Shown here one piece after another: positions 1-9,121 of a DNA stretch of 64,000 nucleotides (the first letter of the stretch is position 1; the number at the start of each line of letters is the position of its first letter). The notes under the pieces were generated by a model. It was given only the letters and a program-made list of their open reading frames with translations, had not been told where the DNA came from and searched no databases. Source of the stretch: an uncultured Desulfospira sp. (GTDB taxonomy: Bacteria; Desulfobacterota; Desulfobacteria; Desulfobacterales; Desulfobacteraceae); contig OY760175.1 of the NCBI GenBank assembly GCA_963663165.1, forward strand, positions 4,928,001-4,992,000, given 5' to 3'. The translations under genes and the position numbers were made by a program.

Positions 1-768
1 GTTCGGGGTGATACTGATTTCAGCCTTACTTCCAATTTTGACAAATGGGATCAACGCTGTACCTTTGTCTTTGGCATGGATGCCAGATCAAACCTGATAA
101 AACTGGCCGGTGGTCTTTCAGATTCCGAATGGGAGATATTTGAAAAACAGCCGCAAGCCATCAAAACAATCCCCAGAAAACGTCCCGAAAATATCAAACT
201 TCAAGTGGTCAAAAAACGCAATTTCAAACGTCTTGAGACCGCCTGTGAACATATAGCCGAATTTGAATATAAACCTGGTAAATGTCGGCAACCCTACCGG
301 ATGATCGTGCTGCGCAAAACAATAAATGAGTATAAAGGCGAACGTCTATTGTTTGACGATATCCGTTACTTTTTTTACATCACAAACGATTGGAAAAAAT
401 CAGCCAGGCACCTGGTGGATTTTTACCGGAAACGGGCGGATCACGAAAATGACATTGATCAGTTGAAACATGGCGTGCATGCAATGGCTAATCCTTCTGA
501 TTCCCTAAATGCCAACTGGGCCTATATGGTTGTTGCATCTTTGGCATGGGATCTGAAAGCCTGGTATGGAATGATGATGCCGTATCGAGCTTTAGGTCTC
601 TCCATCGTCCGTATGGAATTCAAACGCTTTATCCAGACATTTATAAATATCCCTTGCTTGATCATACGTTCCAGCAGGGCCATTAAATATCGAATCATTG
701 GTTATAACAACAGGCTCACAAGCGTGTTCAAGTTTTTTAACTCTTTGAAGACTGCCTGGGTTACATGA
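1..768 (+). CDS. IS1380-family transposase (5'-partial)
   Basis: Frame open from base 1 (VRGDTDFS...), with RADHENDIDQLK and ANWAYM motifs shared with the 500-aa copies. Confidence 0.9.
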   Translation, partial: VRGDTDFSLTSNFDKWDQRCTFVFGMDARSNLIKLAGGLSDSEWEIFEKQPQAIKTIPRKRPENIKLQVVKKRNFKRLETACEHIAEFEYKPGKCRQPYRMIVLRKTINEYKGERLLFDDIRYFFYITNDWKKSARHLVDFYRKRADHENDIDQLKHGVHAMANPSDSLNANWAYMVVASLAWDLKAWYGMMMPYRALGLSIVRMEFKRFIQTFINIPCLIIRSSRAIKYRIIGYNNRLTSVFKFFNSLKTAWVT

Positions 769-991
769 TGCCTTTGCTCCGGACAGTTATTGCAAACGGG
801 CTGCAATGGCGAGTCTAAAACCTGTAGATTTCAAAAGGGAATTTAAGCAATGAACCACAACACAATCGGCAGTATTCCAAAAAACATCAGGACTCGTGCG
901 TCTGTTTGATGGAAATTGGAGACACAAAATAATAGCTCGGGTCGACAATTGCTTATGAGAAATTCATTTTTTATAACACGCTTGTTTTGGG
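1..991 (+). mobile_element. IS1380-family element, copy 1 (diverged variant; left part outside window)
   Basis: Transposase C-terminus is homologous to copies 2-4 but with many substitutions; right end CGCTTGTTTTGGG ends at 991, followed by GCTAAA. Confidence 0.9.
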
Positions 992-1281
992 GCTAAACTA
1001 TAACTTTGATGTAACTACTCACCCCGGTCAAAATCGACACCGGGGATTTCACCTGCCAAAGTGAGAATGGTCACAAAAAATCATGGAAAAATTGAAGATA
1101 ATTTGCAAGATATGTCAGGTTTGAGGCAGAAGTTCCCCTGTTTATCTCGCAAATAATCGTGAAACTCCTGCCTCCCCACCCAATAACAGGGCAGGAGATA
1201 TGCTATCAGAAGTTCTGAAAAACGAAAGTTTTTTTTGGGATCTATACAAAATAGATCTGGCAACAGCCGAACGTTATAGAC

Positions 1282-1414
1282 TTATGTTGCGAGTGGTCAT
1301 AACTCATTGATTTTTATGATAAATTCAAACACCCGCTGTGCAAATCAATATCGACTTTTAAATTCAATGAGTTACAGTGGATTATAAAATTTTTCATAAT
1401 CACTGGCAACATAA
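1282..1414. repeat. Imperfect long inverted repeat downstream of the recombinase trio (candidate recombination site or end)
   Basis: TTATGTTGC...GCAACATAA outer arms; TAACTCATTGA...TCAATGAGTTA inner arms. Confidence 0.55.
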
Positions 1415-1468
1415 TTTTTTGTTTTACTACATACCGCTTTAAAGATAGCAAAAGGCTACCTCAATGGA

Positions 1469-2488
1469 TCATAAACTGTCAAGCCAGGCAAGGATTTCAG
1501 CATTATTTTTCCAGTCGATCAGCTCATCAATCTTCTTGTCTTGATTTATTTTCGATTGCATATATTCAATGAGCTTATCCTGGATTTCCCGTTTTTTTGA
1601 CAAGTCCAGCTGCAAATAAGCCATTGTTGATTCAACGCTTTGATGGCCCAGGCGATTTTTGATATCCGATACGGGGGCCCCTGAAGTCACCATATTAACC
1701 GCACAAGAATGTCTGAAGCAATGGGCCGGACTCAGACCTTTCAACCGTTTTTCCGGCAATGCTTTTGTCAGATATCTTCGGCAAATTTTGTTGATACCAT
1801 GCCGGGTCATTCCCCGCCTCCGCTGATTAATGAACAGCCGGTGTGCAAATAATGGGATGGGGGCTACTCTATGATTGGTGATATAGTCTGAGATCAGTGA
1901 TGCGGTTTTGGACCACAGGTTGATCAACCTGTATCGGTTCCCCTTGCCCAGGACCGCAATGGTTTCGTTTTCAGGATCAAAATAATCAAATTCCAGTGTG
2001 GCAATCTCGCTGGCTCTGGCACCGGAGTCGTAAAGCAGATGGAGAATGGTAAAATCTCTCATCCCTTCCTTCTTTTTTAAATCGACGACACTGAAAATTT
2101 TCATTATTTCTTCTGGGTGTAAAAATCCCATCACCTTCTTTTGAGCCCTTTTCTGAGGGATGGTCAAAAGAGCTTCTGCGACTCGTTTTTTGTCCGGATG
2201 CATGAATCGGATCATCTTGGCCAGCGACTTGATCACGGCCAAGCGGTTGTTCCGGGTCTGGACGGTATTTTTTCGGTCTGTTTCCAAATGATTCAGGAAG
2301 CCCAGAACAGCGTCAGGTGTTAAATGGTCAATTTTCAAGGATTTGATTTTGATCGAATGATAATCCGCCAAAAAATGCAGAAACAAAGAAAAAGCCTGCT
2401 GGTAAGTTTTAATGCTTTGTTCGCTGGTCCCTTTTATATGGGGCAGGTATTCATAAAAATACTGATGCAGGCAGGTGGATAATCTCAT
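1469..2488 (-). CDS. Tyrosine recombinase (RIT third gene)
   Basis: SGARASEI, HCFRHS and LGH...Y catalytic motifs; overlaps the upstream recombinase. Confidence 0.92.
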   Translation of the reverse strand: MRLSTCLHQYFYEYLPHIKGTSEQSIKTYQQAFSLFLHFLADYHSIKIKSLKIDHLTPDAVLGFLNHLETDRKNTVQTRNNRLAVIKSLAKMIRFMHPDKKRVAEALLTIPQKRAQKKVMGFLHPEEIMKIFSVVDLKKKEGMRDFTILHLLYDSGARASEIATLEFDYFDPENETIAVLGKGNRYRLINLWSKTASLISDYITNHRVAPIPLFAHRLFINQRRRGMTRHGINKICRRYLTKALPEKRLKGLSPAHCFRHSCAVNMVTSGAPVSDIKNRLGHQSVESTMAYLQLDLSKKREIQDKLIEYMQSKINQDKKIDELIDWKNNAEILAWLDSL

Positions 2489-3459
2489 ACATCCTCACTT
2501 CTCAACATCGAAAAATCAAGCATTTGGCGGCGATGCTCTGCATCCAGAACTCTCAGATATTTGGTCGTATACTTGTATTCGCTGTGTCCCATGTAAGCGG
2601 CCAGCACCGGCAACGCATTTTGGGCAGACTTGCCCTGTTGTTTAATTCGTTTCAGTGTATTTACAGCAAAGGAATGACGAAGTGAGTGCCGTGTCGGGTT
2701 GCTGAAATTTGTAGCACCAATAATTTTTTTGTGCTGATCAAGGTTAATGGCCGAAATCGCTTTTTTAAATTTTCGATCCATGAAATGGCGGGGTAACTTT
2801 CCGCCATCTCCTTTGATCAATAATAAAGGATGCACATCGGCAATAAGTAAAAGCCGTCGCACGTTCAAAAAATTGTCGATTTCACAAGAAACGGCCTTGG
2901 GTATTGGGATCAGTCGGTCTTTTTTAAATTTTGTTTTCTCAATATAGATTGTCCTTTCTTCAGACCTGTAGTTCTTTTGCAGCAAATTGAACGTCTCCGA
3001 TATTCTCAAGCCGCACCGGGCCATCAGCAGAAAAGAGATATAACCGCTAAAATCGGTGAGGTAATATTTTTTTGTTTTTCGCATCTGTTTTATGACAGTT
3101 TTCAATAAAAGATCCGTTTCTTTCGGAGAAAAAATAAAAGGGATAATCTGATTTTCCGGCAGCTCAGCAATCTCCTGTATGGGATTTGTCAAAATCAGGT
3201 CTCTGCGGATCAGATATTTGAAAAACATTTGAAACGTTCGAAAAAATGTATTGATGGAACGGTTTTCACAATTGAGGTCTGAACGGAGTCGGATGAAAAA
3301 CAACGGATCAAATGATGTCCAGGTCACATCCCTTTGGGCAACATACCGATCCAGCAACCGAAGGCTGCACAGCAGCATTTTATCTGAATATCCCAATTGA
3401 AGACGGTATTCGATAAAATCCTCTATATATTCGCTAAGAAAGCTTTTAAAGCGTTTCAC
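2485..3459 (-). CDS. Tyrosine recombinase (RIT second gene)
   Basis: CGLRISE, HSLRHSFAV, LPVLAAYMGH...TTKY. Confidence 0.92.
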   Translation of the reverse strand: MKRFKSFLSEYIEDFIEYRLQLGYSDKMLLCSLRLLDRYVAQRDVTWTSFDPLFFIRLRSDLNCENRSINTFFRTFQMFFKYLIRRDLILTNPIQEIAELPENQIIPFIFSPKETDLLLKTVIKQMRKTKKYYLTDFSGYISFLLMARCGLRISETFNLLQKNYRSEERTIYIEKTKFKKDRLIPIPKAVSCEIDNFLNVRRLLLIADVHPLLLIKGDGGKLPRHFMDRKFKKAISAINLDQHKKIIGATNFSNPTRHSLRHSFAVNTLKRIKQQGKSAQNALPVLAAYMGHSEYKYTTKYLRVLDAEHRRQMLDFSMLRSEDV

Positions 3460-4405
3460 CGAGGATAACCTCCCGCATCAGGTTGATATGGATGCTCAGA
3501 TATTTTTGCGTTGCTCCGATGCTTTTATGGCCCATCATTTCTTTTATCTCATAAATGGAAGCACCGGACTCCAGCAAATTCTGGGCGTAAGAATGCCTCA
3601 GCCAATATGTGTTTGACTCAAGATTGCTATCAGCCATAAATTCTCTTATATGACGGGGGATGTCGCTCCTGCCAACCGGTTTATAAGGCGGCACTAACTG
3701 TAAAAATAAGGTTCGAGATTGGGTTTCTGGTCTCCCGCCGATAATATAAGCGGTGATGGCCTTGATCACATTGTCCGGCACAGGAAGATGAGCAGGGCTG
3801 TAATTTTTTCTCGAACGAATAAAAATCTCTTTTTGCCTGAAAGAGATGTCATCCAGGGTAAGTGAGCTGATTTCTCCGGGCCTCAATCCCAAAAAATATG
3901 CCAGGTGCATAGCCGCATAAATACGGAGATCTTTTGCTGTTGACAAATTCATGAGCTTAAACATTTTTTGCACTTCATGGGGGCGCAAGAATTTCGGTGG
4001 TTTTGACCGAGCAAACTCAGGAGGGCTCACCACCAGCACAGAGATGTCTTTTTTGATATACCCGCCTCGGTAGAGGTGCTTGAGAAACTGCCGAAGATGT
4101 GACCGGTTAGATCTGGCTGCCCCGGCAGAATAATTGGTGTTGTAACGGGCTAAAAATTGATCAACCTGATGAATGGATATTTCATTTAAAAGAATGCCTG
4201 ACGTTTGAAGAAAAAAATGAAAACTCATCAGTATTTGCCTCATTGCGCCGATATTGTTTTCGTTACGAAGCTGGTGTTTGTAATAATTCAGATACCCATG
4301 AAAAATTTCCGGCAACGGAAGGCCGAGTGGCGGCATTATTTCTGCCGGCACTCGACATCGACGATAAGACTGTATATTGAGTTCTGTTCCCAAATCAGAC
4401 GTCAT
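3446..4405 (-). CDS. Tyrosine recombinase (RIT first gene)
   Basis: LGLRPGEI, WLRHS, MGH...TQKY. Confidence 0.9.
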   Translation of the reverse strand: MTSDLGTELNIQSYRRCRVPAEIMPPLGLPLPEIFHGYLNYYKHQLRNENNIGAMRQILMSFHFFLQTSGILLNEISIHQVDQFLARYNTNYSAGAARSNRSHLRQFLKHLYRGGYIKKDISVLVVSPPEFARSKPPKFLRPHEVQKMFKLMNLSTAKDLRIYAAMHLAYFLGLRPGEISSLTLDDISFRQKEIFIRSRKNYSPAHLPVPDNVIKAITAYIIGGRPETQSRTLFLQLVPPYKPVGRSDIPRHIREFMADSNLESNTYWLRHSYAQNLLESGASIYEIKEMMGHKSIGATQKYLSIHINLMREVILGETL

Positions 4406-4703
4406 GATCAGGTGCTCTTGTATTCAAAATAATCTGAAGATATTTGACACTGTCAACAAAACCAATGTGCCGACAGGCCATTACCAGATCTATGGTATTA
4501 AAATTCTTTTCGCATCGAAAACACCTGCTCAGGTTCGTCTTAGGATTAACTGCAGTCTGAAATTCATTGCACAAGGGACACAGAAAACGGAAAACCCCTT
4601 CACTTATTTTGGCTGGAATACCCAGTTCCGTTTCGATCAACACATGAATGGGTATTGAATTTCGTAATCTATAAAGTTCCTTTGAAGAAAATCGTTTGCC
4701 CAT
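4395..4703 (-). CDS. CHC2-type zinc-finger protein (DnaG Zn-binding-domain-like)
   Basis: CPLC...CFRC..NFNTIDLVM....FVDSV pattern; overlaps both neighbours. Confidence 0.75.
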   Translation of the reverse strand: MGKRFSSKELYRLRNSIPIHVLIETELGIPAKISEGVFRFLCPLCNEFQTAVNPKTNLSRCFRCEKNFNTIDLVMACRHIGFVDSVKYLQIILNTRAPDHDV

Positions 4704-5208
4704 GCTGACACCTCTTCTTTTTGGTTAGTTCCTTCATAATATCTGGTGTCAATTTTACCGTCTCCTGGTCCGTGGCATCAATAATCTCTTGTAACGCATT
4801 TTTGTTAAGGAGGGTGTCAAACCCAATAAAGACAAGGGTCTTGGCCGATATTAAATCTTGTAACGGTATTTGAATTAAATCCATCGAAGATCCTTTACCA
4901 GCAATGGTTTTGGCAGTTTTTATCTCTTGTAACGTATTTTCAGTTAAGGATGGCTTTCCCGGAGGCTTTGTTCGCTTCCAGTAACCAGGATTGCTTTGGC
5001 GCCATTCCTGAACACGGACCACATTCTCAGGCCCTGAAAAATAATCCTGATTCTTTGGCTTATTCAGCCATTTTTGCTGGCTGTGTTTTTTACTGGCAAT
5101 TTTGCATTCGGGTTCGTTACAAAATTTTTGCCGTTTCAAATGACGGGGATCTGGCTTGAATAAATTTTGGCAGTTTTTACACCTGCGCTGTCGGATTTGT
5201 TTTTTCAT
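4669..5208 (-). CDS. Hypothetical protein with N-terminal Cys-rich Zn-ribbon
   Basis: CKNC...QKFCNEPEC; AGGAGG RBS upstream on the minus strand; first gene of the minus-strand operon. Confidence 0.7.
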   Translation of the reverse strand: MKKQIRQRRCKNCQNLFKPDPRHLKRQKFCNEPECKIASKKHSQQKWLNKPKNQDYFSGPENVVRVQEWRQSNPGYWKRTKPPGKPSLTENTLQEIKTAKTIAGKGSSMDLIQIPLQDLISAKTLVFIGFDTLLNKNALQEIIDATDQETVKLTPDIMKELTKKKRCQHGQTIFFKGTL

Positions 5209-5249
5209 AGACCTGATACCTCCTTAGATCTATGATCGGATGGATGGTG

Positions 5250-5312
5250 GCGGGGTAGTATTTTTTCAAAATATGGCGGGGTATAGCGGGGTCCAGCTGG
5301 GTCGGGCGGGGT
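5250..5312. repeat. Four GCGGGGT direct repeats in the divergent intergenic region
   Basis: Copies at 5250, 5276, 5286 and 5306. Confidence 0.6.
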
Positions 5313-5352
5313 AGAACACGCAACAAAAAAAACTCGCTACATAAATAGACAG

Positions 5353-5856
5353 ATGAAGTGCCCCCACTGCCAGGGACCGTTGTATTATGCCAATTATCCG
5401 CGCAAACCCAGGGGGGAGCCTGAAGGGTTGTCTGAAGAATGTTTTTTACAATTCAGTTTATGTTGCGGAAGGGAAGGCTGTCGACGTCGTTTGATCCCGC
5501 CAACCTGCCGTTTCCTTGGTAAAAACATTTACTGGTATGCGGCCATTCTGACGATTGTGTCCGACTGGCAGAACCAATCTGTAGGTATCACGATGTCCAG
5601 GTTTGCTGAAACAATCGGTATCTCCCGCAACACCCTTAGCCGCTGGGTCAGCTTATTCAAAGAAATATTTCCAACAAGCTCTCAATGGAAGAAAATCCGG
5701 GGCCGAGTACCTGCAAGCGTAAAAAATGATCGTCTTCCAGCAAGTTTGGTCAACTTCTATCTGCATCAACAGGCGTCCATCAAAAAAACGTTGATCTCCT
5801 GTTTGTCATTCTTGTCTCAAGGCAGTGAAATATCACAAAAAATAAGGGCCGGGTAA
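5353..5856 (+). CDS. Cys-rich/HTH protein upstream of the DDE transposase
   Basis: CPHC..YANYPRKPRG..FSLCC..GCRRR; HTH-like ISRNTLSRW. Confidence 0.7.
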   Translation: MKCPHCQGPLYYANYPRKPRGEPEGLSEECFLQFSLCCGREGCRRRLIPPTCRFLGKNIYWYAAILTIVSDWQNQSVGITMSRFAETIGISRNTLSRWVSLFKEIFPTSSQWKKIRGRVPASVKNDRLPASLVNFYLHQQASIKKTLISCLSFLSQGSEISQKIRAG

Positions 5857-5971
5857 TCTCACGCAGAAGATGGGCGTGGCCTTGGGCGCTCAACTGTTCT
5901 ATCAAAGGGGCCGGGATTTTTATCAGCATTTCGCTGAAAATTTTAACTCAAAATTGAAAGGACCCCGGCCT

Positions 5972-7417
5972 ATGAACAGTAAAAACCAAAGTCCGGTTGA
6001 TAACTGGGCTTTGTTTCGCTTCTCAGTCGTTGGCGGTTTGCTGGCAAATCCGCCGGCCAAAGGTGAGCTGCGCAAGGAACTGGAAAAGCTTTCCTATCAG
6101 ATTTACACCCATCCCATCACGAACGAATCAACGGTATTTCATTTTTCAACTATTGAAAGCTGGTATTACAAGGCAAAAAATGCCCAGGACCCCATTATTG
6201 CTTTAGGGCGGAAAGTTCGTTCTGACTATGGCGGTTCAATTGTATTCACACCTGAACTGATCCGGATGCTGGGCAGACAATACCGGACTTATCCGAACTG
6301 GAGCTACAAACTGCACGCAGATAATTTCGCAGCAGAACTCCAGGAAAAGGAGGCTTCAGTATCGGTACCATCCTATGCCAGTGTCCGGCGGCGGATGATC
6401 GAAAGGGGGTGGACCAGGAAGCCCTCAGCAAAGAAAAAACAGACAGCGGGCATGAAAATTGCCGCAAAGCGGTTCGAAAGCCATGAAATCCGAGGATACG
6501 AAGCAGAATATGTTCACAGCCTGTGGCATCTGGATTTTCATGAAGGCAGTCTGCGGGTGGTGGATAACAACGGTAACTGGTATACGCCCAAAGCCTTATG
6601 TATTCTTGACGACCATTCCCGCCTGTGCTGCCACATCCAATGGTATTCAGGAGAAACCACCCAGGATTTGATTCATGGATTGACCCAGGCATTTTTCAAA
6701 AGGGGGCTTCCCAGGGCACTGATGACGGACAACGGATCTGCCATGACCTCCCATGAGTTTTGCAACGGTCTTAAAAAAACAGGGATACTTCATGAAACGA
6801 CACTGCCCTACAGCCCTTATCAAAACGGTAAGCAGGAAGCCTTTTGGGGAACCCTTGAAGGCAGATTGATGGCCATGCTGACCCGGGTGGACCCTCTGAC
6901 ACTGGAATATCTCAATCACAGCAGTCAGGCCTGGGTCGAGATGGAATATAACAAAACCAGGCATAGTGACATCGGCACATCTCCTGTTCAACGCATGCTT
7001 GAAGGCAAAGATGTTTCCCGGCCGGCACCGGATGAAGAGCAACTGAGGTTCGCCTTTACAGTCTGCGAATCCAGAAATCAGCGAAAATCTGACGGTACCG
7101 TGTCCATCAACGGGGTAAGATTTGAGATCCCTTCCCGGTTTCACCATATCCCTCGGTTACATGTCTGCTTTGCCAATTGGGATAAATCCATGGCCTGGCT
7201 CATGGACCAGAGAACCGGCAAACAGATTGCGCAGATCTACCCCCAGGACAAAATCAAAAATGCTTCAGGAAAACGAAAGATCAAGTCGAGACCTGAGCAT
7301 ACCATTCTACCGGATGAAACATTGAAAGAATCCGAGCCTGCATTATTAAGAAAACTGATGGCCGAGTATGCCCAAAGCGGCATGCCTCCAGCCTATCTTC
7401 CCAAAGGAGAATCATGA
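5972..7417 (+). CDS. DDE (rve, Mu/IS481/IS21-like) transposase
   Basis: WHLDFH, ILDDHSR, TDNGS, NGKQEAFW; Mu-like C-terminal DGTVSING; GAAAGGA RBS before ATG 5972. Confidence 0.88.
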   Translation: MNSKNQSPVDNWALFRFSVVGGLLANPPAKGELRKELEKLSYQIYTHPITNESTVFHFSTIESWYYKAKNAQDPIIALGRKVRSDYGGSIVFTPELIRMLGRQYRTYPNWSYKLHADNFAAELQEKEASVSVPSYASVRRRMIERGWTRKPSAKKKQTAGMKIAAKRFESHEIRGYEAEYVHSLWHLDFHEGSLRVVDNNGNWYTPKALCILDDHSRLCCHIQWYSGETTQDLIHGLTQAFFKRGLPRALMTDNGSAMTSHEFCNGLKKTGILHETTLPYSPYQNGKQEAFWGTLEGRLMAMLTRVDPLTLEYLNHSSQAWVEMEYNKTRHSDIGTSPVQRMLEGKDVSRPAPDEEQLRFAFTVCESRNQRKSDGTVSINGVRFEIPSRFHHIPRLHVCFANWDKSMAWLMDQRTGKQIAQIYPQDKIKNASGKRKIKSRPEHTILPDETLKESEPALLRKLMAEYAQSGMPPAYLPKGES

Positions 7418-8241
7418 ACAACAAACAGCTTCTGGCTTATTACGGCCTTAAATGGAACCCTTTTTTTCCTAATATCCCCGTGGAAGCCTTATGGCATCCG
7501 CCATTGATGAACAGTTTTATTTTTCGTCTTGAGAATATGACCCTGAACGGGGGCTTTGCTTTGATCAGCGGGGACCCCGGCCTTGGCAAATCCAAGGCGT
7601 TGCAGATGATTGCCCAAAAGTTCGGTAAACTTGACGAGGTAGTTGTCGGGGTAATGGAACGTCCCCAAAGCAGTGTCGGAGACTTTTACCGGGAAATGGG
7701 AGTTTTGTTTGGTGTCAATTTGAGCCCTGCCAACCGGTACGGCGGGTTCAAGGATCTTCGGGAGCGCTGGAAAAGTCATGTAAAAACCACCTTGTTCCGG
7801 CCCATCCTGCTCATAGATGAGGCCCAGGAGATGCTGACCGGATGCTTAAATGAACTGCGTTTGTTGAACAGCGCGGACTTTGACTCCCAAAACCTGTTGA
7901 CCACCGTGATTTGCGGCGATGACCGGCTCCCGGAACGGTTCAGATCAAGATCCCTGGTATCGCTGGGAAGCCGGATGCAGTTCCGGCTGACGCTGCTTCC
8001 CTATGTCCGGGATGACCTGCTGGATTACATGGATCACAGCCTGAACCAGGCCGGCGCCCCGCACTTAATGACGAAAACTCTGATCAGGACCCTTGCAGAC
8101 CATTGCGCCGGCAACCTGCGGGTTCTTAACAATATGGCCGCAGACCTGCTGACTGCGGGGATTGAAAAAGAACTCAATCAATTGGACGAAAAGCTTTTTA
8201 TGGAAGTCTATTCCAGACAGCCGCCCAATAAAAAATCATAG
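7414..8241 (+). CDS. ExeA/TniB-like AAA+ ATPase (transposition helper)
   Basis: Walker A GDPGLGKS, Walker B LLIDEAQ; ATGA overlap with the transposase. Confidence 0.88.
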   Translation: MNNKQLLAYYGLKWNPFFPNIPVEALWHPPLMNSFIFRLENMTLNGGFALISGDPGLGKSKALQMIAQKFGKLDEVVVGVMERPQSSVGDFYREMGVLFGVNLSPANRYGGFKDLRERWKSHVKTTLFRPILLIDEAQEMLTGCLNELRLLNSADFDSQNLLTTVICGDDRLPERFRSRSLVSLGSRMQFRLTLLPYVRDDLLDYMDHSLNQAGAPHLMTKTLIRTLADHCAGNLRVLNNMAADLLTAGIEKELNQLDEKLFMEVYSRQPPNKKS

Positions 8242-8250
8242 GAGAACAAT

Positions 8251-8433
8251 ATGGGTATTTATGATGATCCGGACATGAAACTGGAAGAAATCACACAGGA
8301 ATTGGAACATTTTATCCTGGATATGGTCCTTGCCGGACTTGAAAGCTTGAATATGGAATATCGGGCCTTCAGGCGATTCCAGAAACAAAGGCTCACGGAA
8401 AAGAACCGTCATAAAGAACACGAGCCGTTTTGA
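8251..8433 (+). CDS. Small hypothetical protein
   Basis: AGGAG RBS; lies in the operon between the ATPase and the primase. Confidence 0.5.
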   Translation: MGIYDDPDMKLEEITQELEHFILDMVLAGLESLNMEYRAFRRFQKQRLTEKNRHKEHEPF

Positions 8434-9121
8434 ACGTACGCCCGGACTCCAAAGGTCCGGGCCTGCCTCAATGGAAAAAATACTTTGGAAAATCGGCAAT
8501 TATTTTAAGCACCGCTTCAGCCTGGCAGTTCTTGATGAAATTAAGGGCCGGTGGCCCGTTCTCCCCTCTTGTAAAAACATCCCTTATCTTAAAGCTGAAA
8601 ATGCCGGAGGAAGGCACATCCTGATCAGACCTGATCCTGTTATTCAGCCTTATTATTTTCTTGCCGACGATTTAAACATTGACCTGCTTATCCGGCATCA
8701 TCAATCCATATCAAACCGCTTTAAACCAGGCAGGATGGTTATAGAAACATCTCCCGGCAATTATCAAATTTGGATTCACAGTGACCGTCCGTTAAGCCTT
8801 CCCGAAAAAAAGTATTGGTTGGAAAACATGCACAGTGATCCCGGCGCCGACCCGAAAAACAGGTGGGGCAGATGCCCCGGGTTCAGGAACAGAAAAGCAA
8901 AACACAGAACGCCTTCAGGACAATACCCTTTGGCAAAGCTATTATGGGTGGACTGGAAATGCCAGGCTATTGTCCCTGAAATAGAATTATCCTCCCAACC
9001 TCAAGAAGTCTTTTCCCATCAACCCCGGGGGGGAGTGTGCCATAACGGTAATATTTCCCGCTCCCTCTATGATAAGGGTGACGAATCTGCCACTGATTTT
9101 GCATATGCTCTGGCCCTCTAT

